Part shown: in pieces, positions 22,501 through 35,911 of the stretch | How positions within the stretch are numbered: the first letter of the stretch is position 1 | How the letters are laid out: every line of letters begins with the position of its first letter | Origin: Eledone cirrhosa | Lineage: Eukaryota | DNA: 64,000 bases | Direction: 5' to 3' | Assembly: GCA_964016885.1 (NCBI GenBank) | Contig: OZ024754.1 | Span: 22,754,001-22,818,000, forward strand | Notes under the pieces: generated by a model | Seen by the model: the letters and a program-made list of their open reading frames with translations, nothing else | Told to the model about the DNA's origin: nothing | Database searches by the model: none | Made by a program: the position numbers and the translations under genes

Positions 22501-25500
22501 GTTGTTGGTGGTGGTGGTGGTGGTGTTGGTGGTGTTGGTGGTGGTGGTGGTGGTGTTGGTGTTGGTGATGGTGTTGGTGGTGGTGGTGGTGTTGGTGGTG
22601 GTGTTGGTGGTGTTGGTGGTTGTGGTGTTGGTGGTGGTGTTGGTAGTTGTGGTGGTGATGGTGGTGGTGGTGGTTGTGGTGTTGGTGGTGTTAGTGGTGG
22701 TGTAGGTGTAGGTGGTGGCGGTGTTGGTGGTGGTGTTGGTGTTGGTGGTGGTGTTGCTGGTGGTTGTGTTGGTGTTGGTGGTGGTGGTGGTGTTGATGGT
22801 GGCTTTGTTGGTGTTGTTGGTGTTGGTGGTGGTGTTGGTGGTGGTGGTGTTGATGGTGGTGTTGGTGTTAGTGGTGGTGGTGGTGGTGGTGGTGGTGGTG
22901 TTGGTGGTGTTGGTGGTGGTGGTCGTGGTGGAGGTGTTAGTGGTGGTGTTGGTGGTGGTTGTTGTGGTGGTGGTGGTGTTGGTGGTGGTGTTGGTGATGG
23001 TGTGGTGTTTGTGGTGGTGGTGTTGGTGGTGGTGGTGGTGTTAGTGGTGGTGTTGGTGTTGGTGGTGGTGTTGTTGGTGGTGTTGCTGGTGTTGGTGGTG
23101 GTGTTGTTGGTGTTGGTGGTGGTTGTGGTGGTGGTGGTGTTGGTGGTGGTTGTGGTGGTTGTAGTGGTGTTGTTGTTGTTGGTGGTGGTGGTGGTGTTGG
23201 TGGTGGTGTTGGTGGTGGTGGTGTTAGTGGTGTTGGTTGTGGTGGTGGTGGTGTTGGTGGTGGTGGTGGTGGTGTTGGTGGTGGTTGTGGTGGTGGTGGT
23301 GGTGTTGGTGGTGGTGTTGGTGGTGTTAGTGGTGGTGTTGGTGGTGGTGTTGGTGGTGGTGGTCGTAGTGTTAGTGGTGTTGGTGGTGGTGGTGGTTGTG
23401 GTGGTGGTGTTGGACGTGGTGTTGGTGGTGTTGGTGGTGGTGTTGGTGGTGGTGTTGGTGGTGGTGGTGTTGGTGGAGGTGTTGGTGGTGTTAGTGGTGT
23501 TGGTTGTGGTGGTGGTTGTGTTGGTGGTGGTGTTGGTGGTGGTGGTGGTGGTGTTGGTGGTGGTTGTGTTGGTGGTGGTGTTGGTGGTGTTAGTGGTGGT
23601 GTTGGTGGTGGTGGTCGTAGTGTTAGTGGTGTTGGTGGTGGTGGTGGTTGTGGTGGTGGTGTTGGACGTGGTGTTGGTGGTGTTGATGGTGGTGGTGGTG
23701 GTGGTGTTGGTGGTGGTGTTGGTGGTGGTGGTGGTGGTGTTGGTGTTAGTGGTGTTGGTTGTGGTGGTGGTTGTGTTGGTGGTGTTGGTGGTGGTGGTGT
23801 TAGTGGTGTTGGTTGTGGTGGTGGTTGTGTTGGTGTTGGTGGTGGTGGTGGTGGTGTTGGTGGTGGTTGTGTTGGTGGTGGTGTTGGTGGTGGTGTTGGT
23901 GGTGTTAGTGGTGGTGTTGGTGGTGGTGTTGGTGGTGGTGGTCGTAGTGTTAGTAGTGTTGGTGGTGGTGGTGGTTGTGGTGGTGGTGTTGGACGTGGTG
24001 TTGGTGGTGGTGTTGGTGGTGGTGTTGGTGGTGGTGGTGGTGGTGGTGGTTGTGGTGGTTGTGTTGGTGGTGTTAGTGGTGGTGGTGGTGATTGTGGTGG
24101 CGTTGGTAGTGGTGTTGGTGGTGGTGGTGGTGGTAGTGGTGGTGGTGTTGGTGGTGGTGGTGCTGCTGGTGGTGGTGGTGGTGGTGGTGGTGGTGGTGTT
24201 GGTGGTGGTGGTGTTGGTGTTGGTGATGGTGGTGTTGGTGGTGGTGTTGGTGGTGGTGTTAGTGGTGGTGGTGGTGATTGTGGTGGCGTTGGTGGTGGTG
24301 GTCGTGGTGGAGGTGTTAGTGATGGTGTTGGTGGTGGTGGTTGTGGTGGTGTTGGTGGTGGTGGTGTTGGTGGTGGTGGTGGTGGTGTTGGTGACGGTGG
24401 TGGTGTTGGTGTTGGTGGTGGTGTTGGTGGTGTTAGTGGTGTTGTTGGTAGTGGTGGTGGTGTTGGTGGTGGTGGTGGTGTTGATGGTGGCTTTGTTGGT
24501 GTTGTTGGTGTTGGTGGTGGTGTTGGTGGTGGTGGTGTTGATGGTGGTGTTGGTGTTAGTGGTGGTGGTGGTGGTGGTGGTGTTGGTGGTGTTGGTGGTG
24601 GTGGTCGTGGTGGAGGTGTTAGTGGTGGTGTTGGTGGTGGTTGTTGTGGTGGTGGTGGTGTTGGTGGTGGTGTTGGTGATGGTGTGGTGTTTGTGGTGGT
24701 GGTGTTGGTGGTGGTGGTGGTGTTAGTGGTGGTGTTGGTGTTGGTGGTGGTGTTGTTGGTGGTGTTGCTGGTGTTGGTGGTGGTGTTGTTGGTGTTGGTG
24801 GTGGTTGTGGTGGTGGTGGTGTTGGTGGTGGTTGTGGTGGTTGTAGTGGTGTTGTTGTTGTTGGTGGTGGTGGTGGTGTTGGTGGTGGTGTTGGTGGTGG
24901 TGGTGTTAGTGGTGTTGGTTGTGGTGGTGGTGGTGTTGGTTGTGGTGGTGGTGGTGTTGGTGGTGGTGGTGGTGGTGTTGGTGGTGGTTGTGGTGGTGGT
25001 GGTGGTGTTGGTGGTGGTGTTGGTGGTGTTAGTGGTGGTGTTGGTGGTGGTGTTGGTGGTGGTGGTCGTAGTGTTAGTGGTGTTGGTGGTGGTGGTGTTG
25101 GACGTGGTGTTGGTGGTGTTGGTGGTGGTGTTGGTGGTGGTGTTGGTGGTGGTGGTGTTGGTGGAGGTGTTGGTGGTGGTGGTGGTGGTGTTGGTGGTGG
25201 TGTTGGTGGTGTTCGTGGTTGTGTTGGTGGTGGTGTTGGTGGTGGAGGTGGTGGTGTTGGTGGTGGTTGTGTTGGTGGTGGTGTTGGTGGTGGTGTTGGT
25301 GGTGTTAGTGGTGGTGTTGGTGGTGGTGTTGGTGGTGGTGGTCGTAGTGTTAGTGGTGTTGGTGGTGGTGGTGGTGGTTGTGGTGGTGGTGTTGGACGTG
25401 GTGTTGGTGGTGGTGTTGGTGGTGTTGGTGGTGGTGTTGGTGGTGGTGTTGGTGGTGGTGGTGGTGGTGGTGTTGGTGGTGGTGTTGGTGGTGGTGTTGG

Positions 25501-28500
25501 TGGTGGTGGTGTTGGCGTTGGTGGTGGTGGTGTTAGTGGTGTTGGTTGTGGTGGTGGTGGTGTTGGTGTTGGTGGTGGTGTTGGTGGTGGTGGTCGTAGT
25601 GTTAGTGGTGTTGGACGTGGTGTTGGTAGTGGTGTTGGACGTGGTGTTGGTGGTGGTGTTGGTGGTGGTGTTGGTGGTGGTGGTGTTGGTGGTGGTGTTG
25701 GTGGTGGTGGTGGTGTTAGTGGTGTTGGTTGTGGTGGTGGTTGTGTTGGTGGTGGTGTTGGTGGTGGTGGTGTTGGTGGTGGTTGTGGTGGTGGTGGTGT
25801 TGGTGTTGGTGGTTTTAGTGGTGGTGTTGGTGGTGGTGGTGTTGGTGGTGGTGTTGGTGGTGGTGGTGTTAGTGGTGTTGGTTGTGGTGGTGGTTGTGTT
25901 GGTGGTGGTGGTGGTGGTGTTGGTGGTGGTTGTGGTGCTGGTGGTGTTGGTGGTGGTGTTGGTGGTGTTAGTGGTGGTGTTGGTGGTGGTGTTGGTGGTG
26001 GTGGTGTTGGTGGTGGTGGTGTTAGTGGTGTTGGTTGTGGTTGTGGTTGTGTTGGTGGTGGTGTTGGTGGTGGTGGTGGTGGTGTTGGTGGTGGTTGTGG
26101 TGGTGGTGGTGTTGGTGGTGGTGTTGGTGGTGTTAGTGGTGGTGGTTGTGGTGGTGGTTGTGTTGGTGGTGGTGTTGGTGGTGGTGGTGGTGTTGGTGGT
26201 GGTTGTGGTGGTGGTGGTGGTGGTGGTGGTGGTGTTGGTGGTGGTATTGGTGGTGGTGTTGGTGGTGGTGGTGTTGGTGGTGTTGGTTGTGGTGGTGGTT
26301 GTGTTGGTGGTGGTGTTGGTGGTGGTGGTGTTGGTGGTGGTTGTGGTGGTGGTGGTGTTGGTGGTGGTGTTGGTGGTGTTGTTGGTGGTGGTGTTGGTGG
26401 TGGTTGTGTTGGTGGTGGTGTTGGTGGTGGTGTTGGTGGTGTTAGTGGTGGTGTTGGTGGTGGTGTTGGTGGTGGTGGTCGTAGTGTTAGTAGTGTTGGT
26501 GGTGGTGGTGGTTGTGGTGGTGGTGTTGGACGTGGTGTTGGTGGTGGTGTTGGTGGTGGTGTTGGTGGTGGTGGTGGTGGTGGTGGTTGTGGTGGTTGTG
26601 GTGGTTCTGTTGGTGGTGTTAGTGGTGGTGGTGGTGATTGTGGTGGCGTTGGTAGTGGTGTTGATGGTGGTGGTGGTGGTAGTGGTGGTGGTGTTGGTGG
26701 TGGTGGTGCTGCTGGTGGTGGTGGTGGTGGTGGTGGTGGTGGTGTTGGTGGTGGTGGTGTTGGTGTTGGTGATGGTGGTGTTGGTGGTGGTGTTGGTGGT
26801 GGTGTTAGTGGTGGTGGTGGTGATTGTGGTGGCGTTGGTGGTGGTGGTCGTGGTGGAGGTGTTAGTGATGGTGTTGGTGGTGGTGGTTGTGGTGGTGTTG
26901 GTGGTGGTGGTGTTGGTGGTGGTGGTGGTGGTGTTGGTGACGGTGGTGGTGTTGGTGTTGGTGGTGGTGTTGGTGGTGTTAGTGGTGTTGTTGGTGCTGG
27001 TGGTGGTGTTGGTTGTGGTGGTGGTTGTGTTGGTGGTGGTGTTGGTGGTGGTGGTGTTGGTGGTGGTTGTGGTGGTGGTGGTGGTGTTGGTGGTCGTGGT
27101 GGTGGTGTTGGTGGTGGTTGTGGTGGTGGTGGTGTCGATGGTCGTGGTGGTGGTGGTGGTGGTGGTGGTGGTGATGGTGGTGGTGGTGGTTGTGGTGGTG
27201 GTGGTGGTGGTGGTTGTGGTGCTGGTTGTGGTGGTGGTGTTGGAGGTGGTGGTGGTGTTGGAGGGGGTGGTGGTGATGGTGGTGGTGGTGGTGGTGGTGG
27301 TCGTGGTGGTGATGGTGTTGGTGTTAGTGGTGGTGGTGGTGGTCGTGGTGGTGATGGTGTTGGTGTTGGTGGTGGTGGTGGTGGTGGTCGTGGTGGTGAT
27401 GGTGTTGGTGTTGGTGGTGGTGGTGGTGGTGATGGTGGTGGTGGTGTTGGTGGTGGTGGTGGTGGTGATGGTGGTGGTGGTGGTGGTGGTCGTGGTTTTG
27501 GTGGTGGTGGTGTTGGTGGTGGTGATGGTGTTGGTGGTGTTAGTGGTGGTGTTGGTGGTGGTGGTTGTGGTGGTGGTGTTGGTGGTGGTGTTGGTGTTGG
27601 TGTTGGTGGTGTTGGTGGTGGTGGTGGTGGTGGTGGCAGTAGTGGTGTTGTTGTTGGTGGTGGTGGTGGTGGTGTTGGTGGTGGTTGTGGTGTTGGTGGT
27701 GGTTGTGGTGGTGTTGGTGATGGTGGTGTTGGTGGTGGTGGTGTTAGTGGTGGTGATTGTGGTGGTGGTGATTGTGGTGGCGTTGGTAGTGGTGTTGGTG
27801 GTGGTGGTGGTGGTGTTGGTGGTGGCGGTGGTGGTAGTGGTGGTGGTGGTGGTGTTGGTGGTGGTGGTGGTGGTGTTGGTGACGGTGGTGGTATTGGTGG
27901 TGGTGGTGTTGGTGTTGGTGGTGTTGTTGGTGGTGTTGGTTGTGGTGGTGGTTGTGTTGGTGGTGGTGGTGCTGGTGTTGGTGGTGGTTGTGGTGGTGGT
28001 GGTGTTGGTGGTGGTGGTGGTGTTAGTGGTGGTGGTGGTGGCGTTGTTGGTGTTGTTGGTGTTTGTGGTGGTGGTGGTGTTGGTGGTGGTTGTGTTGGTG
28101 GTGGTGTTGGTGGTGGTGATGTTGGTGGTGGTGGTGGTGGTGGTGTTAGTGGTGGTGGTGGTGGTGGTGGTCGTGGTGGAGGTGTTAGTGATGGTGTTGG
28201 TGGTGGTGGTTGTGGTGGTTGTGGTGGTGTTGGTGGTGGTGGTGTTGGTGGTGGTGGTGTTGGTGGTGGTGTTGGTGGTGGTGGTGTTGGTGGTGGTAGT
28301 AGTGGTGTTGTTGTTGGTGGTAGTAGTGGTGTTGTTGTTGGTGGTGGTGTTGGTGGTGTTGGTGGTGGTGGTGTTGGTGGTGGTGGTGTTGGTGTTGGTG
28401 ATGGTGTTGGTGGTGGTGGTGGTGTTGGTGGTGGTGTTGGTGGTGGTGGTGGTGGTGTTGGTGGTGGTGGTGTTGGTGGTGGTGTTGGTGGTGGTGGTGG

Positions 28501-31500
28501 TGGTTGTGGTGTTAGTGGTGGTGTAGGTGTAGGTGGTGGCGGTGTTGGTGTTGGTGGTGGTGTTGCTGGTGGTTGTGTTGGTGTTGGTGGTGGTGGTGGT
28601 GTTGATGGTGGCGGTGTTGGTGTTGTTGGTGTTGGTGGTGTTGGTGGTGGTGTTGGTGGTGGTGGTGTTGGTGGTGGTGTTGGTGTTAGTGGTGGTGGTG
28701 GTGGTGGTGGTGGTGGTGTTGGTGGTGGTGGTGTTGGTGGTGGTGGTCGTGGTGGAGGTGTTAGTGGTGGTGTTGGTGGTGGTTGTTGTGGTGGTGGTGG
28801 TGTTGGTGGTGGTGTTGGTGATGGTGTGGTGTTTGTGGTGGTGGTGTTGGTGGTGGTGGTGGTGTTAGTGGTGGTGTTGGTGTTGGTGGTGGTGTTGTTG
28901 GTGGTGTTGCTGGTGTTGGTGGTGGTGTTGTTGGTGTTGGTGGTGGTTGTGGTGGTGGTGGTGTTGGTGGTGGTTGTGGTGGTTGTAGTGGTGTTGTTGT
29001 TGTTGGTGGTGGTGGTGGTGGTGGTGGTGGTGGTGGTGGTGATGGTGGTGTTGGTGGTTGTGGTGGTGGTGGTGGTGGTGGTAGTGGTGGTGGTGGTTGT
29101 GGCGGTGGTGGTGTTGGTGGTGGTGGTGGTGATGGTGGTGGTGGTGTTGGTGCTGGTGGTGGTGGTGGTGTTGGTGCTGGTGGTGGTGGTGGTGTTAGTG
29201 GTGGTGTTGGTGGCGGTGTTGGTGGTGGTGGTCGTAGTGTTAGTGGTGTTGGTGGTGGTGGTGGTGGTTGTGGTGGTGGTGTTGGACATGGTGTTGGTGG
29301 TGGTGTTGGTGGTGTTGGTGTTGGTGGTGGTGGTGGTGTTGGTGGTGGTGTTGGTGGTGGTGGTGTTGGTGGTGGTCGTGGTGGTGGTTGTGGTGGTGGT
29401 GGTGGTGGTGGTGGTCGTGGTGGTGGTGGTGGTGATGGTGGTGGTGGTGGTTGTGGTGGTGGTGTTGGTGTTGGTGGTCGTGGTGGTGGTGGTCGTGGTG
29501 GTGGTGGTTGTGGTGGTGTTGGTGGTGGTGGTGATGGTGGTGGTGTTGGTGGTATTGGTGGTCGTGGTTGTGGTGGTGGTGGTGTTGGTGGTGGTGGTGG
29601 TGGTGGTGATGGTGGTGGTGTTGGTGGTGTTGGTGGTCGTTGTTGTGGTGGTGGTGGTGTTGGTGGTGGTGGTGGTGGTGTTGGTGGTGTTAGTGGTGGT
29701 GGTGGTGGTGGTCGTAGTGTTAGTGGTGTTGGTGGTGGTGGTGGTTGTGGTGGTGGTGTTGGACGTGGTGTTGGTGGTGGTGGTGTTGGTGTTGGTGTTG
29801 GTGGTGGTGGTGGTGTTGGTGGTGGTGTTGGTGGTGGTGTTGGTGGTGTTGGTGGTGGTCGTGGTGGTGGTGGTGGTTGTGGTGGTGGTGGTGATCGTGG
29901 TGGTGGTGGTGATGGTGGTGGTGGTGGTGGTTGTGGTGGTGTTGGTGGTGGTGGTGGTGGTGGTGTTGGTAGTGTTAGTGGTGTTGGTGGTGGTGGTGGT
30001 TGTGGTGGTGGTGTTGGACGTGGTGTTGGTGGTGGTGTTGGTGGTGGTGTTGGTGGTGGTGGTGGTGGTGGTGTTGGTGGTGGTGGTTTTGGTGGTGGTG
30101 TTGGTGTTGGTGGTGTTGGTGGTGGTGGTGGTGGTGGTGGTGGTGGTGTTGGTGGTGGTGGTAGTGGTGTTGTTGGTGGTGGTGGTGGTGGTGGTGTTGG
30201 TGGTGGTTGTGGTGGTTGTGGTGTTGGTGGTGGTTGTGGTGGTGGTGTTAGTGGTGGTGGTGGTGATTGTGGTGGTGGTGGTGATTGTGGTGGCGTTGGT
30301 AGTGGTGTTGGTGATGGTGGTGGTGGTAGTGGTGGTGGTGTTGGTGGTGGTGTTGATGGTGGTGCTGGTGGTGTTGGTGGTGGTGGTGGTGGTGGTGTTG
30401 GTGGTGTTGGTGGTGGTGGTGGTGTTGGTGGTGGTGTTGGTGATGGTGGTGTTGGTGGTGGTGTTGGTGGTGGTGTTGGTGGTGGTGGTGGTAGTGGTGG
30501 TGGTGGTGATTGTGGTGGTGGTGATTGTGGTGGCGTTGGTAGTGGTGTTGGTGGTGGTGGTGGTGGTAGTGGTGGTGGTGGTGGTGTTGGTGACGGTGGT
30601 GGTGTTGGTGGTGGTGGTGTTGGTGGTGGTGTTGGTGGTGGTGGTGTTAGTGGTGTTGTTAGTGGTGTTGTTGGTGGTGGTGGTGGTGTTGGTTGTGGTG
30701 GTGGTTGTGTTGGTGGTGGTGTTGGTGGTGGTGGTGGTGGTGGTTGTGGTGGTGGTGGTGTTGGTGGTGGAGGTCGTGGTGGTGTTGGTGGTGGTTGTGG
30801 CGGTGTTGGTGGTCGTGGTGGTGGTGGTCGTGGTGGTGGTGGTGATGGTGGTGGTGGTGGTTGTGGTGGTGGTGGTGGTTGTGGTGGTGGTGGTGGTGTT
30901 GGTGGTGTTAGTGGTGGTGTTGGTGGTGGTGGTCGTAGTGTTAGTGGTGTTGGTGGTGGTGGTGGTTGTGGTGGTTGTGTTGGTGTTGGTGGAGGTGGTG
31001 GTGGTGTTGGTGGTGGTGTTGGTGTTGGTGGTGTTGGTGGTGGTGGTGGTGGTGTTGGTGGTGGTGGTAGTGGTGTTGTTGGTGGTGGTGGTGGTGGTGG
31101 TGGTGTTGGTGGTGTTGGTGTTGGTGGTGGTGGTGGTGGTGGTGTTGGTGGTGGTGTTGGTGGTGGTGGTGTTGGTGGTGGTTGTGGTGGTGGTTGTGGT
31201 GGTGGTGGTGGTGGTGGTGGTCGTGGTGGTGGTGATGGTGGTGGTGGTGGTTGTGGTGGTGGTCGTGGTGGTGGTGGTCGTGGTGGTGGTGGTGGTGGTT
31301 GTGGTGGTGTTGGTGGTGGTGGTGATGGTGGTGGTGTTGGTGGTGTTGGTGGTCGTGGTTGTGGTGGTGGTGGTGTTGGTGGTGGTGGTGGTGGTGGTGG
31401 TGATGGTGGTGGTGTTGGTGGTGTTGGTGGTCGTTGTTGTGGTGGTGGTGGTGTTGGTGGTGGTGGTGGTGGTGGTGGTGGTGGTGTTGGTGGTGTTAGT

Positions 31501-34500
31501 GGTGGTGTTGGTGGTGGTGGTGGTGGTGGTCGTAGTGTTAGTGGTGTTGGTGGTGGTGGTGGTTGTGGTGGTGGTGTTGGACGTGGTGTTGGTGGTGGTG
31601 GTGTTGGTGTTGGTGTTGGTGGTGGTGGTGGTGGTGGTGTTGGTGGTGGTGTTGGTGGTGGTGGTGTTGGTGGTGGTCGTGGTGGTGGTGGTGGTTGTGG
31701 TGGTGGTGGTGATCGTGGTGGTGGTGGTGATGGTGGTGGTGGTGGTGGTTGTGGTGGTGTTGGTGGTGGTGTTGGTGGTGGTGTTGGTAGTGTTAGTGGT
31801 GTTGGTGGTGGTGGTGGTTGTGGTGGTGGTGTTGGACGTGGTGTTGGTGGTGGTGTTGGTGGTGGTGTTGGTGGTGGTGTTGGTGGTGGTGGTGGTGTTG
31901 GTGGTGGTGGTTTTGGTGGTGGTGTTGGTGTTGGTGGTGTTGGTGGTGGTGGTGGTGGTGGTGTTGGTGGTGGTGGTAGTGGTGTTGTTGGTGGTGGTGG
32001 TGGTGGTGGTGTTGGTGGTGGTTGTGGTGGTTGTGGTGTTGGTGGTGGTTGTGGTGGTGGTGTTAGTGGTGGTGGTGGTGATTGTGGTGGTGGTGGTGAT
32101 TGTAGTGGCGTTGGTAGTGGTGTTGGTGATGGTGGTGGTGGTAGTGGTGGTGGTGGTGGTGTTGGTGGTGGTGTTGATGGTGGTGCTGGTGGTGTTGGTG
32201 GTGGTGGTGGTGGTGGTGTTGGTGTTGTTGGTGGTGGTGGTGGTGTTGGTGGTGGTGTTGGTGATGGTGGTATTGGTGGTGGTGTTGGTGGTGGTGGTGG
32301 TAGTGGTGGTGGTGGTGATTGTGGTGGTGGTGATTGTGGTGGCGTTGGTAGTGGTGTTGGTGGTGGTGGTGGTGGTAGTGGTGGTGGTGGTGGTGTTGGT
32401 GACGGTGGTGGTGTTGGTGGTGGTGGTGTTGGTGGTGGTGTTGGTGGTGGTGGTGTTAGTGGTGTTGTTAGTGGTGTTGTTGGTGGTGGTGGTGGTGTTG
32501 GTTGTGGTGGTGGTTGTGTTGGTGGTGGTGTTGGTGGTGGTGGTGGTGGTGGTTGTGGTGGTGGTGGTGGTGGTGGTGGTGGTGGTGTTGGTGGTGGTTG
32601 TGGTGGTGTTGGTGGTCGTGGTGGTGGTGGTCGTGGTGGTGGTGGTGATGGTGGTGGTGGTGATGGTGGTGGTGGTGGTTGTGGTGGTTGTGGTGGTGGT
32701 GGTGGTGTTGGTGGTGTTAGTGGTGGTGTTGGTGGTGGTGGTCGTAGTGTTAGTGGTGTTGGTGGTGGTGGTGGTTGTGGTGGTGGTGTTGGTGTTGGTG
32801 GAGGTGGTGGTGGTGTTGGTGGTGGTGTTGGTGTTGGTGGTGTTGGTGGTGGTGGTGTTGGTGGTGGTGGTAGTGGTGTTGTTGGTGGTGGTGGTGGTGG
32901 TGGTGGTGGTGGTTCTGGTGTTGGTGGTGGTTGTGGTGGTGTTGGTGATGGTGGTGTTGGTGGTGGTGTTGTGGTGGTGGTGGTGTTAGTGGTGGTGATT
33001 GTGGTGGTGGTGATAGTGGTGGCGTTGGTAGTGGTGTTGGTGGTGGTGGTGGTGGTGTTGGTGGTGGTGGTGGTGGTAGTGGTGGTGGTGTTGGTGGTGG
33101 TGGTGTTGGTGACGGTGGTGGTATTGGTGGTGGTGGTGTTGGTGGTGGTGTTGGTGGTGGTGGTGTTAGTGGTGTTGTTGGTGGTGGTGGTGGTGTTGGT
33201 TGTGGTGGTGGTTGTGTTGGTGGTGGTGGTGGTGGTGGTGTTGGTGGTGGTTGTGGTGGTGGTGGTGTTGGTGGTGGTGGTGGTGTTAGTGGTGGTGGTG
33301 GTGGCGTTGTTGGTGTTGTTGGTGTTTGTGGTGGTGGTGGTGTTGGTGGTGGTTGTGGTGGTGGTGGTGTTGGTGGTGGTGTTGGTGGTGGTGGTGGTGG
33401 TGGTGGTGGTGTTAGTGGTGGTGGTGGTGGTGGTGGTCGTTAGTGGTGGTGTTGGTGGTGGTGGTGTTGGTGGTGGTGTTGGTGGTGGTGTTGATGGTGG
33501 TGTTGATGGTGGCGGTGTTGGTGTTGTTAGTGTTGGTGGTGGTGGTGGTGGTGGTGGTGTTGGTGGTGGTTGTGGTTGTGTTGGTGGTGGAGTTGGTGGT
33601 GTTGGTGGTGTTAGTGGTGGTGTTGGTGGTGGTGGTGGTGGTGTTGGTGGTGGTGATGTTCGTGGTGGTGTTCGTGGTGGTGTTGGTGGTGGTGGTCGTG
33701 GTTGTGGTGGTGTTGGTGGTGTTGGTGGTGGTGTTGGTGTTGGTGGTGTTGGTGGTGTTAGTGGTGGTGTTGGTGGTGGTGGTGTTGGTGGTGTTGGTGG
33801 TGGTGGTGGTGGTGTTGGTGTTGGTGGTGGTGGTGGTGGTGTTGGTGGTGGTGGTGGTGGTGGTGGTGTTGCTGGTGGTGTTAGTGGTGGTTGTGTTGGT
33901 GGTGTTGGTGGTGGTGGTCGTGGTGGAGGTGTTAGTGGTGGTGTTGGTGGTGGTGGTTGTGGTGGTGTTGGTGGTGTTGGTGTTGGTGGTGGTGTTGGTG
34001 TTAGTGGTGGTGGTGGTGGTGGTGTTGGTGGTGTTGGTGGTGGTGGTCGTGGTGGAGGTGTTAGTGGTGGTGGTGGTTGTGGTGGTTGTGGTGGTGGTGG
34101 TGTTGGTGATGGTGTTGGTGATGGTGGTTGTGGTGGTGTTGGTGGTGTTGGTGTTGGTGGTGGTGTTGGTGTTAGTGGTGGTGGTGGTGGTGGTGTTGGT
34201 GGTGTTGGTGGTGGTGGTCATGGTGGAGGTGTTAGTGGTGGTGGTGGTTGTGGTGTTGGTGGTGGTGGTGGTGTTAGTGGTGGTGTTGGTGGTGGTGTTG
34301 GTGGTGGTGTTGTTGGTGGTGTTGCTGGTGTTGGTGGTGGTGTTGTTGGTGTTGGTGGTGGTTGTGGTGGTGGTGGTGTTGGTGGTGGTTGTGGTGGTTG
34401 TAGCGGCGTTGTTGTTGTTGGTGGTGGTGGTGGTGTTGGTGGTGGTGGTGTTGGTGGTGGTGGTGTTGGTGGTGGTTGGTGTTGGTGTTGGTGTTGGTGG

Positions 34501-34782
34501 TGGTGGTGGTGTTGGTGTTGGTGGTGGTGGCGGTGGTGTTGGTGGTGGTGGTGGTGGTTATAGTGGTGTTGTTGTTGTTGGTGGTGGTGGTGGTGTTGGT
34601 GGTGTTGGTGGTGGTGGTGTTGGTGGTGGTGTTGGTGGTGGTCGTGGTGGTGGTGGTGTTGGTGGTGGTGTTAGTGGTGGTGGTGGTGGTGTTGGTGGTG
34701 TTAGTGGTGGTGTAGGTGCTGGCGGTGTTGGTGGTGGTGTTGGTGGTGGTGTTGGTGGTGGTGTTGGTGGTGGTTGTAGTGG

Positions 34783-34813
<31 letters not shown>

Positions 34814-35793
34814 GGTGTTGGTGGTGGTGGTGTCGGTGGTGTTGGTGGTGGTGGTTGTGGTGGTGTTGGTGTTGGTGTTGTTGGTGTTGGTGATGGTGGT
34901 GGTGTTGTTGGTGTTAGTGGTGGTGGTGGTGGTGGTTGTGGTGGTGGTGGTGTTGGTGGTGGTTGTGGTGGTGGTTGTGTTGGTGGTGGTTGTGGTGGTT
35001 GTAGTGGTGTTGTTGGTGGTGGTGGTTGTAGTGGTGGTAGTTGTGGGGTGGTGGTTGTGGTAGTGGTGTTGTTGGTGGTGGTGGTTGTAGTGGTTGTGGT
35101 GGTTGTGGTGTTGGTGGTGGTTGTGGTGGTGGTTGTGGTGGTGGTGGTGTTGGTGGTGGTTGTAGTGGTGTTGTTGTTGTTGGTGGTGGTGGTGGTGGTG
35201 TTGGTGGTGGTGGTGTTGGTGGTTGTGGTGTTGGTGGTGGTGTTGGTGTTTGTGGTGGTGTTGGTGGTGGTGGTGGTGTTGGTGGTGGTGGTGGTGTTGG
35301 TGGTGGTGGTGTTGGTGGTGGTGTTGGTGGCCGTGGTGGTGGTGGTGGTGGTGGTGTTGGTGGTGGTGTTGGTGTTGGTGGTGTTAGTGGTGGTGTAGGT
35401 GGTGGCGGTGTTGGTGTTGGTGGTGGTGTTGGTGGTGATGTTGGTGGTGTTGGTGGTGGTGGTGTTGGTGTTGGTGTTGGTGGTGGTTGTGTTGGTGTTG
35501 GTGGTGGTGTTGATGGTGGCGGTGTTGGTGTTGTTGGTGTTGGTGGTGGTGTTGTTGGTGGTGTTGGTGGTGGTTGTGGTGGTGGTCGTTGTAATGGTGT
35601 TATTGGTGGTGGTGGTGGAATTGGTGTTGGTGGTGGTTGTAGTGGTGGTGTTGTTGTTGTTGGTGGTGGTGGTGTTGGTGGTGTTGGTGGTGGTGGTTGT
35701 AGTGGTGGTGGTAGTGGTGGTGGTGGTGGTGGTGGTGTTAGTGGTGTTGGTGGTGGTTGTAATGGTGTTGGTGGTGGTTGTAGTGGTGTGGGT
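16527..35793. repeat. ~19.3 kb (GGT)n-derived low-complexity satellite filling intron 5
   Basis: Nearly continuous GGT/GTT/GAT variants between exons 5 and 6. Rare marker words recur at kb offsets. Confidence 0.98.
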
Positions 35794-35911
35794 GTATAAT
35801 GACACTACTATGTCACTACTATAACACGATAATGTAACTACTATGTGACTATAACCAATATGTTGTCAGAAACAAGAACAAATATTAAGATAATAGCTGT
35901 GAAAGACTTAC

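Noticed and set aside
16474-35824. Very long poly-Val, Thr/Asn mucin-like, poly-Pro and poly-Gly ORFs
   Set aside because: Stop-free frames are expected from a GGT triplet satellite. There is no unique flanking domain or signal peptide, and the tract lies within an intron whose flanking exons join in phase.
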